This document shows, in pieces, positions 41,437 through 52,898 of a stretch of 64,000 nt of DNA. The notes beneath the pieces are model-generated. The model saw only the letters and a list, made by a program, of their open reading frames with translations. It was not told the DNA's origin and ran no database searches. Positions within the stretch are counted from its first letter, which is position 1. The number at the start of each line of letters is the position of its first letter. Source of the DNA: an uncultured delta proteobacterium (GTDB taxonomy: Bacteria > Desulfobacterota > Binatia > UBA9968); assembly GCA_963840855.1 (NCBI GenBank), contig CAWJBB010000062.1, forward strand, positions 32,001-96,000. The letters are read 5' to 3'. Both the position numbers and the translations under genes were made by a program.

Positions 41437-43317
41437 ATGACATCAAGCCAAATAAAAATTTACGACGTAATTGTCGTTGGCGCCGGCCATGCTGGGATCG
41501 AGGCTTGTCTGGCCGCCGCGCGCATGGGATGCGACACTTTGATGCTTACCCTCAATCTTGACCACATCGGCCAGATGTCTTGTAACCCGGCCATCGGTGG
41601 GATTGGCAAGGGGCATCTGGTCAAAGAAATCGACGCGCTCGGTGGCGAGATGGGCCGAGCCATCGATGAAACGGGAATTCAATTTAGAATACTCAATACG
41701 AAAAAAGGGCCGGCCGTTCGAGCTTCACGAGCCCAGGCTGACAAAGCGCTCTATCGGTCACGGATGAAGCGAGTCCTGGAAAACTGCCCCGGCTTGACTT
41801 TGCGGCAGGGAAGCGTCGAAAGGCTGTTGGTGGAAGGAGATCAAGTTAAAGGAGTCGAAACGCAGATCGGCGAATTATTCTTGGGCCGTCGAGTTATATT
41901 GACCACTGGCACATTCCTAAAAGGCCTGATTCATATTGGGGATCGTAATTATTCAGCCGGCAGAGCGGGAGATTTTGCAGTCCAGGGATTGAGCGAATCT
42001 CTCATGAGTTTGGGATTCAAAGTCGGCCGACTCAAAACCGGTACTTGCCCGCGGCTTGATAGCAGGACAATAGATTATTCTCGCTTACAGCCGCAATATG
42101 GGGACAAGGATCCGGTTCCATTTTCATTTTCCAGTGATGGCATCACGCAACGCCAGGTACCTTGTCATATTACTTACACCAATAAGAGCACCCATGAAAT
42201 CATCCAATCCGGGATACATCGTTCGCCTATGTATTCCGGGACCATAAAGAGCCGGGGGCCGCGTTACTGCCCGTCTATCGAGGATAAAATTGTCAGGTTT
42301 GCCGATAAAGAGCGGCATCAAATATTTCTCGAACCGGAGGGGCTGGATACGGTTGAAATTTACCCAAATGGTTTATCGACCAGCTTACCTCTGGATATCC
42401 AGTTGGAGATGGTTCATTCCATCGTCGGGCTGGAGCATGCTGAGATCATGCGTCCCGGGTATGCCATTGAATATGATTACTTCGAGCCGACACAGCTCTA
42501 TCCGTCGCTCGAAACAAAACTAATTAGAGGGCTCTACCACGCTGGACAAATCAACGGGACAACTGGATATGAAGAGGCGGCGGCCCAGGGAATCATGGCT
42601 GGGATCAACTCGGTCTTAAGCCTGAGAAGACAAGACGCTTTGGTGCTATCACGTGACCAAGCGTATATAGGAGTCATGATCGACGACCTGGTAACAAAAG
42701 GCACCGATGCTGAACCCTATAGAATGTTTACGTCGCGGGCCGAATACCGGCTCTTGCTCCGCGAAGATAATGCAGATTTGCGATTGACAGAGATCGGCAA
42801 GGATATCGGCCTGGCCTCTAGCGAAGCGCATCGGCGCCTGTTGGCAAAGAAACAGTCCATTGATGATTTAATGAGATTTTTAGACAAACAGCAAATTACG
42901 CCGACCGAAAAGGCAAATTCCGCATTGACTTCGTTCGCTTCGGCACCGCTCCGCGATGCTATTTCGTTGGCGCGGCTGCTCCGCCGGCCCGAGATTTCCA
43001 TAGAACAAATTCGCATTATCGCGCCAGATATGCCTATTTATGCGCGAGATGTCGATGCCCAGGCGGAAATTCAGATAAAATACGAGGGGTACGTAAACCG
43101 ACAGATGGAAATGGTCGAACGATTTCAAAAAATAGAAAACCTAAAGCTGCCAGACACCCTTGATTACGCGGATATTAATGGGCTGTCCAAAGAGGCGCGT
43201 GAAAAGTTATCGCACATCCGTCCGCGCTCTCTGGGACAGGCTTCGAGGATTTCCGGAATTACTCCAGCTGCAATATCGTTATTGTCGATCTATCTTAAGA
43301 AGCGAAAAAGCGCATAG
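41437..43317 (+). CDS. mnmG: tRNA uridine-5-carboxymethylaminomethyl modification enzyme MnmG (GidA)
   Basis: [47 protein letters not shown]. Confidence 0.99.
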   Translation: MTSSQIKIYDVIVVGAGHAGIEACLAAARMGCDTLMLTLNLDHIGQMSCNPAIGGIGKGHLVKEIDALGGEMGRAIDETGIQFRILNTKKGPAVRASRAQADKALYRSRMKRVLENCPGLTLRQGSVERLLVEGDQVKGVETQIGELFLGRRVILTTGTFLKGLIHIGDRNYSAGRAGDFAVQGLSESLMSLGFKVGRLKTGTCPRLDSRTIDYSRLQPQYGDKDPVPFSFSSDGITQRQVPCHITYTNKSTHEIIQSGIHRSPMYSGTIKSRGPRYCPSIEDKIVRFADKERHQIFLEPEGLDTVEIYPNGLSTSLPLDIQLEMVHSIVGLEHAEIMRPGYAIEYDYFEPTQLYPSLETKLIRGLYHAGQINGTTGYEEAAAQGIMAGINSVLSLRRQDALVLSRDQAYIGVMIDDLVTKGTDAEPYRMFTSRAEYRLLLREDNADLRLTEIGKDIGLASSEAHRRLLAKKQSIDDLMRFLDKQQITPTEKANSALTSFASAPLRDAISLARLLRRPEISIEQIRIIAPDMPIYARDVDAQAEIQIKYEGYVNRQMEMVERFQKIENLKLPDTLDYADINGLSKEAREKLSHIRPRSLGQASRISGITPAAISLLSIYLKKRKSA

Positions 43318-43367
43318 CGGATTTATCATAGCCTAGCTAAGACGCGTAAAATTTTCTCTGCAGTGAA

Positions 43368-43383
43368 CGTTTCACGTGAAACA
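43368..43383. promoter_or_regulatory. parS site
   Basis: CGTTTCACGTGAAACA, 15/16 match; between mnmG and parA. Confidence 0.9.
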
Positions 43384-43474
43384 AAATTTTTTCACTTTCA
43401 TTTCTCAGAGCTCTGTGTTATTAGTCATAGTAAATCGATAAATTATATAACTTATTGATTTTAAAAGGGTTTCA

Positions 43475-44257
43475 TTGACTAATATCATAGCAATCGCAAA
43501 CCAAAAGGGAGGCGTGGGTAAGACCACAACCTCAGTCAATTTGGCTGCATCGCTAGCAATTGAGGGCAAGCGTACTCTCCTCGTCGACGTTGATCCGCAA
43601 GGTAACAGCACCACTGGACTCGGTGTCGACCGTGCCCAGTTAACCCTTAGCCTCTATGATGTGCTCGCCGGCAAGTGCCTTCTCGGAGAGGTTTTGCGCC
43701 AGACAGAGATTCCCCAACTCCTACTTATTCCGTCAACGAAAGATCTCATCGGCGCTGAAATTGAGCTGGTGGCCGCCGAGCGCCGAGAGTTCTGGCTAAA
43801 AGACGCAGTCACGCCGCTGCGCGAATTGTACGATTATATACTGCTCGATTCTGCGCCGTCATTGGGGCTGCTCACCCTGAATGCGCTGACGGCGGCGGAC
43901 TCCCTCTTGGTGCCGATTCAGAGTGAATACTATGCGCTGGAAGGATTGAGCGCATTGTTGGAAACGATGCGCTTGGTGCAAAAGGACCTAAATCCCAGTC
44001 TGCGGCTAGAAGGTATTGTGATTACGATGTTCGACGGCCGCAATCGGCTTTCCCATCAGGTCGTCGAGGAAATCCGCGCGCATTTTCCCGACAAGCTTTA
44101 CCGCACAATCATTCGCCGCAACGTACGATTGAGCGAATCTCCGAGTTACGGCAAGCCGGTCTGCTTATACGATCCAACATCGACGGGAGCGCAAGACTAT
44201 TTTGAACTAGCCAAAGAACTCATGGGTCAAGGAGAACAAAATGGCGGTACAGCCTAA
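43475..44257 (+). CDS. parA: Chromosome partitioning ATPase ParA/Soj
   Basis: [32 protein letters not shown]; TTG start. Confidence 0.96.
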   Translation: MTNIIAIANQKGGVGKTTTSVNLAASLAIEGKRTLLVDVDPQGNSTTGLGVDRAQLTLSLYDVLAGKCLLGEVLRQTEIPQLLLIPSTKDLIGAEIELVAAERREFWLKDAVTPLRELYDYILLDSAPSLGLLTLNALTAADSLLVPIQSEYYALEGLSALLETMRLVQKDLNPSLRLEGIVITMFDGRNRLSHQVVEEIRAHFPDKLYRTIIRRNVRLSESPSYGKPVCLYDPTSTGAQDYFELAKELMGQGEQNGGTA

Positions 44258-45122
44258 GGGATTGGGTAGAGGTTTAAGCGCGCTGATTACCAGCGCCACG
44301 GAACCTAAAGCCGAGGCCATAAACGAAAGCCACGGTTTGCGCGTGCGCATCGATCTGATTTCGCCAAGTCCGTTTCAACCGCGCCGCGCCTTCGACGAAG
44401 CCAAGATCGAAGAACTGGCCGCGTCCATCCGTAATCAAGGCATCATTCAACCGCTCGTCATTCGGCGCAAGGAAAACCGCTACGAGTTGATTGCAGGTGA
44501 GCGCCGCTGGCGCGCGGCGATGAAGGCAGGATTAAGTGAAGTTCCCGCGGTCATTCGCGATGCCAGCGATAATGAGGCGTTGCAATTGGCCCTGGTGGAA
44601 AATCTCCAGCGTGAAGACCTGAATCCCATCGAGGAAGCAAGCGGCTACCGGCGCCTCCAAGAAGAGTTTCATTGGAGCCAGGAAGAGACGGCGGACAAAG
44701 TCGGAAAGAGCCGGCCGGCCATCGCCAATTCACTGCGTCTTCTCTCATTACCCGACGAGGTCCAACAAGAAATCGCTCAGGGAAGTCTTCCGGCGGGCCA
44801 AGCCAGAGCCCTCTTGGGCCTTCACTCTGAAGCGCTGATGATCTCGACCTGCCGCGAGGTGATCGCGAAGGGACTTTCGACGCGCGAAACCGAGAAACTG
44901 GTCCGCGCACTCGTCACCGGGCGCCGCCGCCGGCGCCAACTGCCCCTTGTGGATCCCGATCTGCGAGCCATAGTCGAAAACATGCAACGCGCTCTGGGAA
45001 CCCGGGTGCGCCTGTTCCCAAAGGCGCGGTCGACGAAAGGCAAGATCGAGATCGAATATTACTCGCTGCCGGACTTGGAAAGGATCATTCAGACAATCAC
45101 AGCTAGCCAGTCTCGGGCGTGA
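44241..45122 (+). CDS. parB: Chromosome partitioning protein ParB/Spo0J
   Basis: [43 protein letters not shown]. Confidence 0.97.
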   Translation: MAVQPKGLGRGLSALITSATEPKAEAINESHGLRVRIDLISPSPFQPRRAFDEAKIEELAASIRNQGIIQPLVIRRKENRYELIAGERRWRAAMKAGLSEVPAVIRDASDNEALQLALVENLQREDLNPIEEASGYRRLQEEFHWSQEETADKVGKSRPAIANSLRLLSLPDEVQQEIAQGSLPAGQARALLGLHSEALMISTCREVIAKGLSTRETEKLVRALVTGRRRRRQLPLVDPDLRAIVENMQRALGTRVRLFPKARSTKGKIEIEYYSLPDLERIIQTITASQSRA

Positions 45123-45232
45123 AGCCAGTTCAAGTTTCAACGTTCAAAGTGTCGGATGGTTACGCCTGGCGTTTTGGCACGAAGTTAAGTTGCCGTTCGA
45201 GCCGGATGGCGCGCATCGCGGCTGCAGGCCAC

Positions 45233-47290
45233 TTAAGATTCGAGTAACGGTCTTAGATCATCCCAGGTGGTCACCGGCGCGGAGCAAGTGAAGTTATGGC
45301 AGACATAACCCGTCCCTTGGCCACCGATCTGGCTCTTGCCTTTGAGCAGCGGCGCGATTTCGTCGATTTTCTCGTCTGGTCTTACCAGTTGAACCGTGCT
45401 GTTCGGCAAATAGGTCGAATGAACCCCCTGTAAAATTTCCCTGGTCCTCGGGTCGTCCGATTCTCCCACGATCACAATCTCTTTGGGTTTCCGCAGATAG
45501 AAATCCAAGGCGCCGAGCATATGCGCGAGACCGAAAGGTTGGGCTGCCATGGCGTCATGGTAGGAACGCAGGATAGTTTCGGCTTTCTTCAGATAAGCTT
45601 CCCGGCTGGTGTAATGATAAAGCCGGAGTAAAAGTTGTGCAGCCATCGAATTCCCCGACGGTATCGAGGCGTCAAAGGCCGGCTTGGCGCGGCTGATGAG
45701 CTGTTCATGCGATTTTCCCGTGTAAAAAAAGGCGCCGTCGTCATCGTCCCAAAACTCGCTGACCAGGATGTCAGTAAGCTCGATAGCCTTGGCCAGCAAT
45801 GAACGGTCGAGAGTCGCTTCGAAGAGATCGAGTAAACCGACTGCGAGAAAAGCATAATCATCCAGATAACCGAGAATCTTGGCGACGCCGTCCCTGTACG
45901 TATGGAGCAAATGGCCGTCGCGGAACAGCTTGGAAAAAATAAACTCGACGGTCCGTGTGGCCGCCCGCCGATATTCTTGATTCCCGGAGATCTTGATTGC
46001 TTCGGCCAGGCCGGACAGCGCGAGCCCGTTCCACGCCGTGATGACTTTTTCGTCACGGAACGGCTTGATTCTCTTTTCGCGCTCCGTGAATAATTTTGCC
46101 TTTGCGTCTCCCAACAGCGCCGCGATCTCGTCAACGCCCCGATTAAAGTATTTGCTTGCCTGCTCCAGCGTCAGGATCGGATGGAGAATATTTTTATCCT
46201 CAAAGTTTCCTTGCTCGCTTACATCATAGATGCGGCAGAATATTTCAGCCGCATCTTCGCCGAGAATTCGTCTCACTTCTTGCGGCGTCCAGACGAAGAA
46301 TTTTCCCTCTTCGCCTTCGCTGTCCGCGTCCTGGGTGGAGTAAAAGCCGCCTTGCGGCTGCAACATCTCGCGCAACAGATAGTCGACGGTTTCTTCGACG
46401 ACGCGCTTGAATTGGGGCTCGCCGGTGATTTGATAAACCTGAGCATAGACGCGCACGAGCTGGGCGTTGTCGTAAAGCATTTTCTCAAAATGCGGCACCA
46501 GCCATTTCTCGTCTACGGAGTAGCGGTGAAAGCCGCCGCCCAGGTGATCGTAAATTCCACCCTGGGCCATCTTCGTCAGCGTGTAAGTAATCGTATCGAG
46601 AAAGCGCGGGTTTTTAGATTGATGAAAAGCGCGCAGGAAAAGCTCGTAGACGCCGGCGTTGGGGAACTTCGGCGCCCGGCCAAATCCGCCATGCTCGGAA
46701 TCATGGGCTTGCGCAAGCTGCTCGGCGCCGCGGCTGATGATATCTGGATCAAACGGCCCGGCGCTCTCCGCCGAGCGGGACATGCTCTGTAACCGCGCAA
46801 GGATTTGGCTCACGCTGTTTTCGATATCCTGCGGTTGCTTGTAAAAGGCGTTGGCCACCCCCTGCAAGATCTTCGGAAACCCTGGAACGCTGTAGCGGTC
46901 CTCCGGCGGAAAGTACGTGCCTCCGTAAAACGGCTTGCCCTCGGGGGTAAGGAACATCGTCATCGGCCAGCCGCCCCGGCCGGTCATCATCTGCACCGCG
47001 TTCATGTATATCTCGTCGAGATCGGGGCGTTCTTCGCGGTCGACTTTGATGTTGACGAATAGCTCGTTCATAAGCGCGGCGATTTCCTCGTTCTCGAAGG
47101 ACTCGCGCTCCATGACATGGCACCAATGACACGCAGAGTAACCGATACTGAGGAGAACCGGTTTGTTTTCGCGTTTGGCCTTTTGAAAAGCCTCTTCGCC
47201 CCAGGGGTGCCAGTCGACAGGATTATGGGCATGCTGTAACAAGTACGGACTGGTTTCATGGATCAAACGATTCGTGTGTTTGTATTCCAT
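45233..47290 (-). CDS. YyaL/SSP411-type thioredoxin-domain (DUF255) protein
   Basis: [50 protein letters not shown]. Confidence 0.94.
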   Translation of the reverse strand: MEYKHTNRLIHETSPYLLQHAHNPVDWHPWGEEAFQKAKRENKPVLLSIGYSACHWCHVMERESFENEEIAALMNELFVNIKVDREERPDLDEIYMNAVQMMTGRGGWPMTMFLTPEGKPFYGGTYFPPEDRYSVPGFPKILQGVANAFYKQPQDIENSVSQILARLQSMSRSAESAGPFDPDIISRGAEQLAQAHDSEHGGFGRAPKFPNAGVYELFLRAFHQSKNPRFLDTITYTLTKMAQGGIYDHLGGGFHRYSVDEKWLVPHFEKMLYDNAQLVRVYAQVYQITGEPQFKRVVEETVDYLLREMLQPQGGFYSTQDADSEGEEGKFFVWTPQEVRRILGEDAAEIFCRIYDVSEQGNFEDKNILHPILTLEQASKYFNRGVDEIAALLGDAKAKLFTEREKRIKPFRDEKVITAWNGLALSGLAEAIKISGNQEYRRAATRTVEFIFSKLFRDGHLLHTYRDGVAKILGYLDDYAFLAVGLLDLFEATLDRSLLAKAIELTDILVSEFWDDDDGAFFYTGKSHEQLISRAKPAFDASIPSGNSMAAQLLLRLYHYTSREAYLKKAETILRSYHDAMAAQPFGLAHMLGALDFYLRKPKEIVIVGESDDPRTREILQGVHSTYLPNSTVQLVRPDEKIDEIAPLLKGKSQIGGQGTGYVCHNFTCSAPVTTWDDLRPLLES

Positions 47291-47395
47291 CGATTCACGC
47301 TAACACAACCGCTTGAGCACCGAAACCTACTCTCAAACGGAGTTCAAGACGTTCAAGCCGTTCAACACGTTTCGAACGAGTTGAACAACTCGTGA

Positions 47396-48058
47396 TTATG
47401 CGTCGCACTTGGCTTTGAAATGCTCCCAGGCGCGGTCGGTGGAGGCGAGCTTAAACGTCCGCTTGGCGATTCTTTCGGCGTCGTCACGCTCGATGAACAT
47501 CGGCGTTCCAAGCTTCATTGCTTCGGTCTGAAGGCGAGCCGATTCCTCTAGATAAACCGCGAGCATGCAGACTTCGCGAATCGAATGTCCGACCACGACA
47601 GCGCCGTGACCCCGAAGAATCACTGCCTTGGCATTGCCCAGCAACTTGGCCATTTCCCCCGCCCGCGCCGGCGACTCCACCTGCCCGGTTCCCGTATAAA
47701 GCGGTACCCCTTCGTAAAAAATCGCGCTGTAATTATGCATCGGGCGGATGGTTTGCCCGATGACGCTGAGAAGAATCACCGCCGGCGAATGAAAGTGAAA
47801 AACGGCCTTGACGTCGCCGCGGGTCTTGTAAATAGCCTGGTGTATGGACGACTGCGGCACAGGTTTCTCGAAATCCACCACGAACAACTCGTTTGAATTT
47901 ACCAATGCAGGGCTCTTGCGCGGCATGAAAAGCATTGCATCACCGCCATCGGTGCGGGCGCTGAGATGGGCAAAAGCGTCGCTCAAGCCTTCGCAGCTTA
48001 TGATTCGAAGCGCTGTAATGAAGTCGCTTTTCACAGCGGCCATTGATTCTTCAGTCAT
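47396..48058 (-). CDS. Class II aldolase/adducin-family protein
   Basis: AHLSAR, IHQAIYK.R.DVKAVFHFHSP, LRGHGAVVVG. Confidence 0.88.
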   Translation of the reverse strand: MTEESMAAVKSDFITALRIISCEGLSDAFAHLSARTDGGDAMLFMPRKSPALVNSNELFVVDFEKPVPQSSIHQAIYKTRGDVKAVFHFHSPAVILLSVIGQTIRPMHNYSAIFYEGVPLYTGTGQVESPARAGEMAKLLGNAKAVILRGHGAVVVGHSIREVCMLAVYLEESARLQTEAMKLGTPMFIERDDAERIAKRTFKLASTDRAWEHFKAKCDA

Positions 48059-48375
48059 GTCTCGATTCTCCTTTCGTCCGCGCCGCTGTCGGCGATCATC
48101 GCCGCGATTTTTACCGTATTCGCGTCCTCGCTGCCGTAGGCGTCGCGGAGCAGATTATGAACTTTATGAAGCAACGCGAGATATTCGCCGCGGATTTCTC
48201 TTCGCACCTCCGGGGCAAGGCAGCCGTAGCCGGCCGCAACGTTGATCAACCAATTGGGCAAATAATTCTTATCGACTTTTTCTTGTGCGTAAAGATACCC
48301 TTCGAGGGAACCGAGGCGCGAGCCGAGGTCGAAAAGCAAGAGATTTGGGGACAGCGATTTGAATTTCTGCATCAC
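48055..48375 (-). CDS. Hypothetical helical protein
   Basis: 106-aa ORF overlapping the aldolase start by 4 bp; protein-like GSLEGYLY...LPNW segment. Confidence 0.6.
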   Translation of the reverse strand: MMQKFKSLSPNLLLFDLGSRLGSLEGYLYAQEKVDKNYLPNWLINVAAGYGCLAPEVRREIRGEYLALLHKVHNLLRDAYGSEDANTVKIAAMIADSGADERRIET

Positions 48376-48411
48376 GTAATCACCATTAAAAACAACAGCT
48401 GGAAGAACACT

Positions 48412-48615
48412 TCAGCGTATCTTTAGATCAAAGGCCACCGGCCCTTTCTCGCCTTTTCTGGTTTGAAACTGCACTGTGTCGCCTTCGTTTATGTCTTCGA
48501 TTTGACTGCGCGGCGCGAGGCTGCCGCGGTGAAAGAAAACATCCTCGCTGCCGTCGTCGGGCTTGATGAACCCAAAACCTTTCTGGCGTATGATTTTTCT
48601 TACCGTCCCGGTCAT
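48412..48615 (-). CDS. Cold-shock domain protein
   Basis: MTGTV, KGFGFI, DVFFH, GEKGP; GGAGG RBS. Confidence 0.92.
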   Translation of the reverse strand: MTGTVRKIIRQKGFGFIKPDDGSEDVFFHRGSLAPRSQIEDINEGDTVQFQTRKGEKGPVAFDLKIR

Positions 48616-48700
48616 ATTCCTAGCCCTCCTGTGATCCTTGACAAGCCGCAGTCCGCTCTCTACCGTGTTCTCTCCAAATACACATACATCCAAAGCCAGC

Positions 48701-49765
48701 TTGAGTTCAATTCTTTACTATATAACCGGCCATGGCTATGGTCACGCGGTCCGTTCCAACCAAGTGATCCGTAGTCTGAAGAAGGCCCGCCCCGATGCCG
48801 ATATCCAGGTTCGCACGACGGCGCCGAAGTGGCTGTTTCCCAAGACAGTTCGCTATTCCCGCCAAGCCATCGATGTCGGCATTGTGCAGCGGGATAGCCT
48901 GGAGATGGACCTCGACGCCACGCTGCAAACTTGCCGGCTAATGCATAAAAATGCCCCGCGGCTCGTCGATAACGAAATTGCCTTTGTCCGCGATCATGAT
49001 GTGCGGCTGATCATCGGCGATATACCGCCCCTTTGTTTTGAGATCGCCGCGCGCGCCGGTGTTCCCTCGGTGGCGATTACAAATTTTACCTGGGACGGCA
49101 TCTATAGCGCCTATCTCAAAGAACATCCGGAATTCGAACCGCTCATCGATGAGATGAAGCAATGGTACGCCAAAGCGACCCTTGCACTCACGCTCCCCTA
49201 TCCCTGCGACATGAATGTATTTCCGCTGCGCGACCCCATTCCTTGGATCGCGCGGGTTTCGGAGTTGCAGAAAAATGAAGCGAGAAAAAAATTTTCTCTA
49301 CCACGACCAGCAACCGTAGTAATGCTGAGTTTCGGCGGCCTGGGCCTTCAGCGCGTGCCGTGGGACCAGCTAAAAGGGATGCGGGATTATGTATTCCTGA
49401 CTACCGCGGATGAGAGAAAGGTTGACGGCAACATCGTGATTTTGTCCGACGCTCAGCGCCATTACGAAGATCTCGTGCGGGCCGTGGATGTCATCGTTAC
49501 GAAGCCAGGGTACGGCATAGTCGCCGACGTTATCGCTCACCAGGTGCCGATGCTCTACACGGATCGTGGTGAGTTTCCCGAGTATCGTAAACTCGTGGAG
49601 GCACTCGACCACTGCGCGATCGCAGGATTCATTTCCCAAACTGAGCTGCTATCGGGAAACCTAGAATCCTACTTGAAGGGGCTCTTGGATAAGTCACCCA
49701 ACTGGCCTGCTGTGGAACTAAACGGCGCACAAGTCGCAGCGGAGAAAATTCTGGCGCTGATGTAG
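48701..49765 (+). CDS. GT-B glycosyltransferase-like protein (similar to the L-arabinokinase N-terminal domain)
   Basis: YYITGHGYGHAVR, DVG..Q.DS, GDIPP, NFTW, SFGG.G, KPGYG..A. Start uncertain. Confidence 0.75.
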   Translation: MSSILYYITGHGYGHAVRSNQVIRSLKKARPDADIQVRTTAPKWLFPKTVRYSRQAIDVGIVQRDSLEMDLDATLQTCRLMHKNAPRLVDNEIAFVRDHDVRLIIGDIPPLCFEIAARAGVPSVAITNFTWDGIYSAYLKEHPEFEPLIDEMKQWYAKATLALTLPYPCDMNVFPLRDPIPWIARVSELQKNEARKKFSLPRPATVVMLSFGGLGLQRVPWDQLKGMRDYVFLTTADERKVDGNIVILSDAQRHYEDLVRAVDVIVTKPGYGIVADVIAHQVPMLYTDRGEFPEYRKLVEALDHCAIAGFISQTELLSGNLESYLKGLLDKSPNWPAVELNGAQVAAEKILALM

Positions 49766-49777
49766 TACCGCCCGGCT

Positions 49778-50500
49778 TCAGCGATTTCCTATTGGCTCCA
49801 ACCCGCTATTCGTGATGGCGTGGGCCGCCTCCGGCGAGGCGAGAAATTTGATCAGCGCGTGAGCCGCATCCGAATCCCTGGTACTCAGGGCGACGCCGGC
49901 CGAGAACATAGAGACTTTCTGCACTTCCGGCGGCAGCGGTGTCACATGAGCTATGCCGGGCACGGGAAGTAACTCGCTGATCTGCTGGAAGCCGATTTCC
50001 GCCTCTCCCCGTGCGACCACGGCGCCAACTCGCTCACCACCTTCGATGCGCCGGCTTTTGCTTACCACCTGGTCGGCTATTCCCAGGCGCTGAAGCAGCT
50101 CGGTGGAGACGTAGTCGCCGCTTACGCTGGCGGAGTACGCGATGGATTTCGCTTGCAAAAGTGTGCGTTTCAACGTGTCGACCGTGCTGATGTCCGGCTT
50201 GGGGGCTCCTGCCCGCACCGCCATACCGATGGCTGAGCGTGCGAGGGGAGTATAACTTTCGGCCATGATCAGGCCGTCCTTGATGAATCCGACAAGTACG
50301 CTGTCCGCTACAATGACAACGTCAACGGGTTCACCCTGTCGCAGGCGATTCGGGATGGAGGTCTCCCCCGTCCCTATGGACGTTGCGGCGGTCACGAGTT
50401 TTTTCTTCGTAAGGAGTTCGAGTCGAGGAATCAGTTCAAGATATGCCGCGGTAAAAGCGCCTGAGGTCATGACCCGAATGTCATCTGGCATCGTATTCAT
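49778..50500 (-). CDS. ModA-like solute-binding-fold protein without an obvious signal peptide
   Basis: VMTSGAF, IPNRL, GAPKPDIST, SIAYSASVSG, GFQQISELL. Confidence 0.8.
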   Translation of the reverse strand: MNTMPDDIRVMTSGAFTAAYLELIPRLELLTKKKLVTAATSIGTGETSIPNRLRQGEPVDVVIVADSVLVGFIKDGLIMAESYTPLARSAIGMAVRAGAPKPDISTVDTLKRTLLQAKSIAYSASVSGDYVSTELLQRLGIADQVVSKSRRIEGGERVGAVVARGEAEIGFQQISELLPVPGIAHVTPLPPEVQKVSMFSAGVALSTRDSDAAHALIKFLASPEAAHAITNSGLEPIGNR

Positions 50501-50845
50501 GGTTGTCTTAATCTCGTCAGCCGTACGCTGCTGGAGGTGATCATCGCGATTGCCTATTATCTCTAAAACCTGCGAGCTATCAAGATGTCGCAAAGGTCAA
50601 TGTTCAACGTTCAAAGTTGAAGTCCGAAGACGCGGAGCTTGAATAGCGCAAGGTGTTTGATTAAACGACCAACAGCGTATAGACGAACACGATTCACGAA
50701 CACGATAACGATGGCGCGACGACGAGCGATGGCTGGCGGTTGTTACTCAGTCTCCTGTGATGTCTCGGGTTTGACTTGAACTTTTGAACCCTTGAACTTT
50801 GAACGATTTTGTTCACATTTAGTGTGAAGAATTGGAGATAATCCC

Positions 50846-51910
50846 ATGCCAGTGATTGATGCCGATACGCATGTCGACGAGTCCGAAGCCACTTGGGAGA
50901 AGTTGGAAGGCACTCCGTTCGCGAAGTACATACCGGTTACGGTTACATTGCCGCCCGATGAGGCTAAACGTGCCGGTTATAACGCGACGAACCGCCGCTG
51001 CTGGTTGGTTGAAGGCAGGTTACAGAACCGTGCCATCCGAGATGAAGTCAACCATCCTCCCCGGATCCGGCGAGAGCTTGAGGACGTGCTGGGCCGACTC
51101 GCCCACATGGACAAGATGGGCGTTGGAGTACAGGTCATCTTCCCGACCTTCTTCATCCGCTACAATACCAGCAACGCAGAAGCCGAATGGGCCCTGACGA
51201 CTACCTACAACCGCTGGCTTGCCGCGAAATGTGCGGAGACAAACGGCCGGTTACGCTGGGCAGCTGTGCTGCCGCTGCTTCGTCCCGACAAGGCTGTCGA
51301 GGAGCTGCGTTGGGCGAAGGAGCACGGCGCCTGCGGTATCTTCAAGCGCGGATTCGACCTAGACCGGAAGGTCACCGACCCGCACTTTTTTCCAATTTAC
51401 GAGGAGGCCGGCGCGCTCGATCTGCCTCTGTGTATTCACACCGGTCATCCGCTGCCTGGCCACGAATGGGACAGGGGTTTCCCCATCATGTACTCCTTCA
51501 CCGAGCTGGTGACCTCCGGTCTTCCGAAGAAGTTCCCGAAGCTTCGGTTTGGGCTCATTGAGTCGGGGGCCTCCTGGATTCCCTATACGATCTCTCAATT
51601 GGGAGCGGTAAAACGCCAAATGCTGCGAGGTAAACAGACTCGATTGCCCCGCCTGTTTGAACTGGAACCGGAATTGTTCCGCGCCAACCGGCTATTCGTC
51701 ACCATCGACCCGATTGACGACATCGAGTCTCTATTGAAGTTCGGAACTGAAGACAACCTGATGATCGGCACCGACTACAGCCATACCGACATCTCTGCCA
51801 ACCTGAGCGCGCTGGACGAAGTCCGCAGCTGGGTGGATGAGGGCAGAATCAGCAAGGCCCAGGCCCACAAGATTCTCGAGAGCAACTCCCAGGTGTTCTA
51901 CGGCCTGTAA
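50846..51910 (+). CDS. Amidohydrolase family 2 protein (paralogue of 35613-36704)
   Basis: MPVIDADTHVDE, YNRWLA, ELRWAKEHGACG, GTDYSH, FYGL end. Confidence 0.88.
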   Translation: MPVIDADTHVDESEATWEKLEGTPFAKYIPVTVTLPPDEAKRAGYNATNRRCWLVEGRLQNRAIRDEVNHPPRIRRELEDVLGRLAHMDKMGVGVQVIFPTFFIRYNTSNAEAEWALTTTYNRWLAAKCAETNGRLRWAAVLPLLRPDKAVEELRWAKEHGACGIFKRGFDLDRKVTDPHFFPIYEEAGALDLPLCIHTGHPLPGHEWDRGFPIMYSFTELVTSGLPKKFPKLRFGLIESGASWIPYTISQLGAVKRQMLRGKQTRLPRLFELEPELFRANRLFVTIDPIDDIESLLKFGTEDNLMIGTDYSHTDISANLSALDEVRSWVDEGRISKAQAHKILESNSQVFYGL

Positions 51911-52066
51911 AAAAGGTGCGCCGGCCGCGGGCCGCGCGCCGATTCAAGGCTTCTTGCTGCGGGCGGGTAGCAAATTAGAATCGACAGCGGAAATTATCAT
52001 TGATATCGAGGAGTGTGATCGAGTCGAACAAAATAGCTCAAAACTCAGGCATGAACCTTGTTGTCG

Positions 52067-52498
52067 TCATCTTCTCACCGAGAGACGCCAGCAGCGGCGA
52101 CAATGGCGGGCGCCGAAAGCTTTGCGGCCACCGCACGCCGTGCAACTGTAGGCGCGGGGATTTTTTCTGCTCTTCTCAACCGACCTGAGCGGGCTGAGAG
52201 CCAACCGTAATTCGCGCACTTCTTTTTCGCCCGCGCGCTCGGGGCACTCGCGGTCACGCCGCAGCCAGGGCCAGAAAAACGGCACATTCCCGGGCTTCGT
52301 GATCGTTATAGTCCTTAACTGCCGGAGGCTTCCGCAGCCAAACTCTTTTTGCATCTCGGCGCACTTCATGAGGGCCATACCGCTCATCTTCATGGGGCAC
52401 CAAACCATTCCCGTCGGGTAACTCCACTCCTCCTGGGCAATCCGTTCGACAGCGCCCAGTCTCTTCCACACTTGAGCTTTTCTGATTACACCGGCCAT
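52067..52498 (-). CDS. Hypothetical Cys-rich basic protein with C-terminal CxxC...CxxC
   Basis: 143 aa; CTACGG...HCRRC; TTGCGA-N16-CATACT promoter-like element just upstream on the minus strand. Confidence 0.45.
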   Translation of the reverse strand: MAGVIRKAQVWKRLGAVERIAQEEWSYPTGMVWCPMKMSGMALMKCAEMQKEFGCGSLRQLRTITITKPGNVPFFWPWLRRDRECPERAGEKEVRELRLALSPLRSVEKSRKNPRAYSCTACGGRKAFGARHCRRCWRLSVRR

Positions 52499-52714
52499 TT
52501 TTCAAAAAACTTTCTTTCAACTCAGTATGCGTAAAATTTTCGAGATCGCAAGCCAGAAAAAAACGCGAAAAAGCGCGAACGCTGGGCCGGTGCATCGCCG
52601 AGGCTCAGGTCTGACACTCGGTGAGCCGAGTTACTGCGTTGCTGCACCATAAGACCTGACCGTGACAACTCAAAACGTACGCAGGACAGGGATGGACATA
52701 CGCCGCCAGATGGG

Positions 52715-52877
52715 CTAGTAAGGGTTCAAATTACTTGGCTGTTCCTCGATCTTCCTCGGGGCGGTGAGTTGATCGAACTGTAGGATGGAAACCGGAGGAT
52801 CTTCTCCGGGATAGGCATGAGACTCTTCCCACAGACCCAGGTGTTGAAGGATTTTTGATTACTTCTGATTGATCGAC
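52715..52877 (-). pseudogene. Relic C-terminus of an IS91-like (Y2/HUH) transposase
   Basis: Minus strand reads VDQSEVIK/[frameshift]/ILQHLGLWEESHA..DPP, resembling the conserved tail of IS91-like transposases. Confidence 0.45.
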
Positions 52878-52898
52878 AAAAAGATAAGGCGGTCTCTT

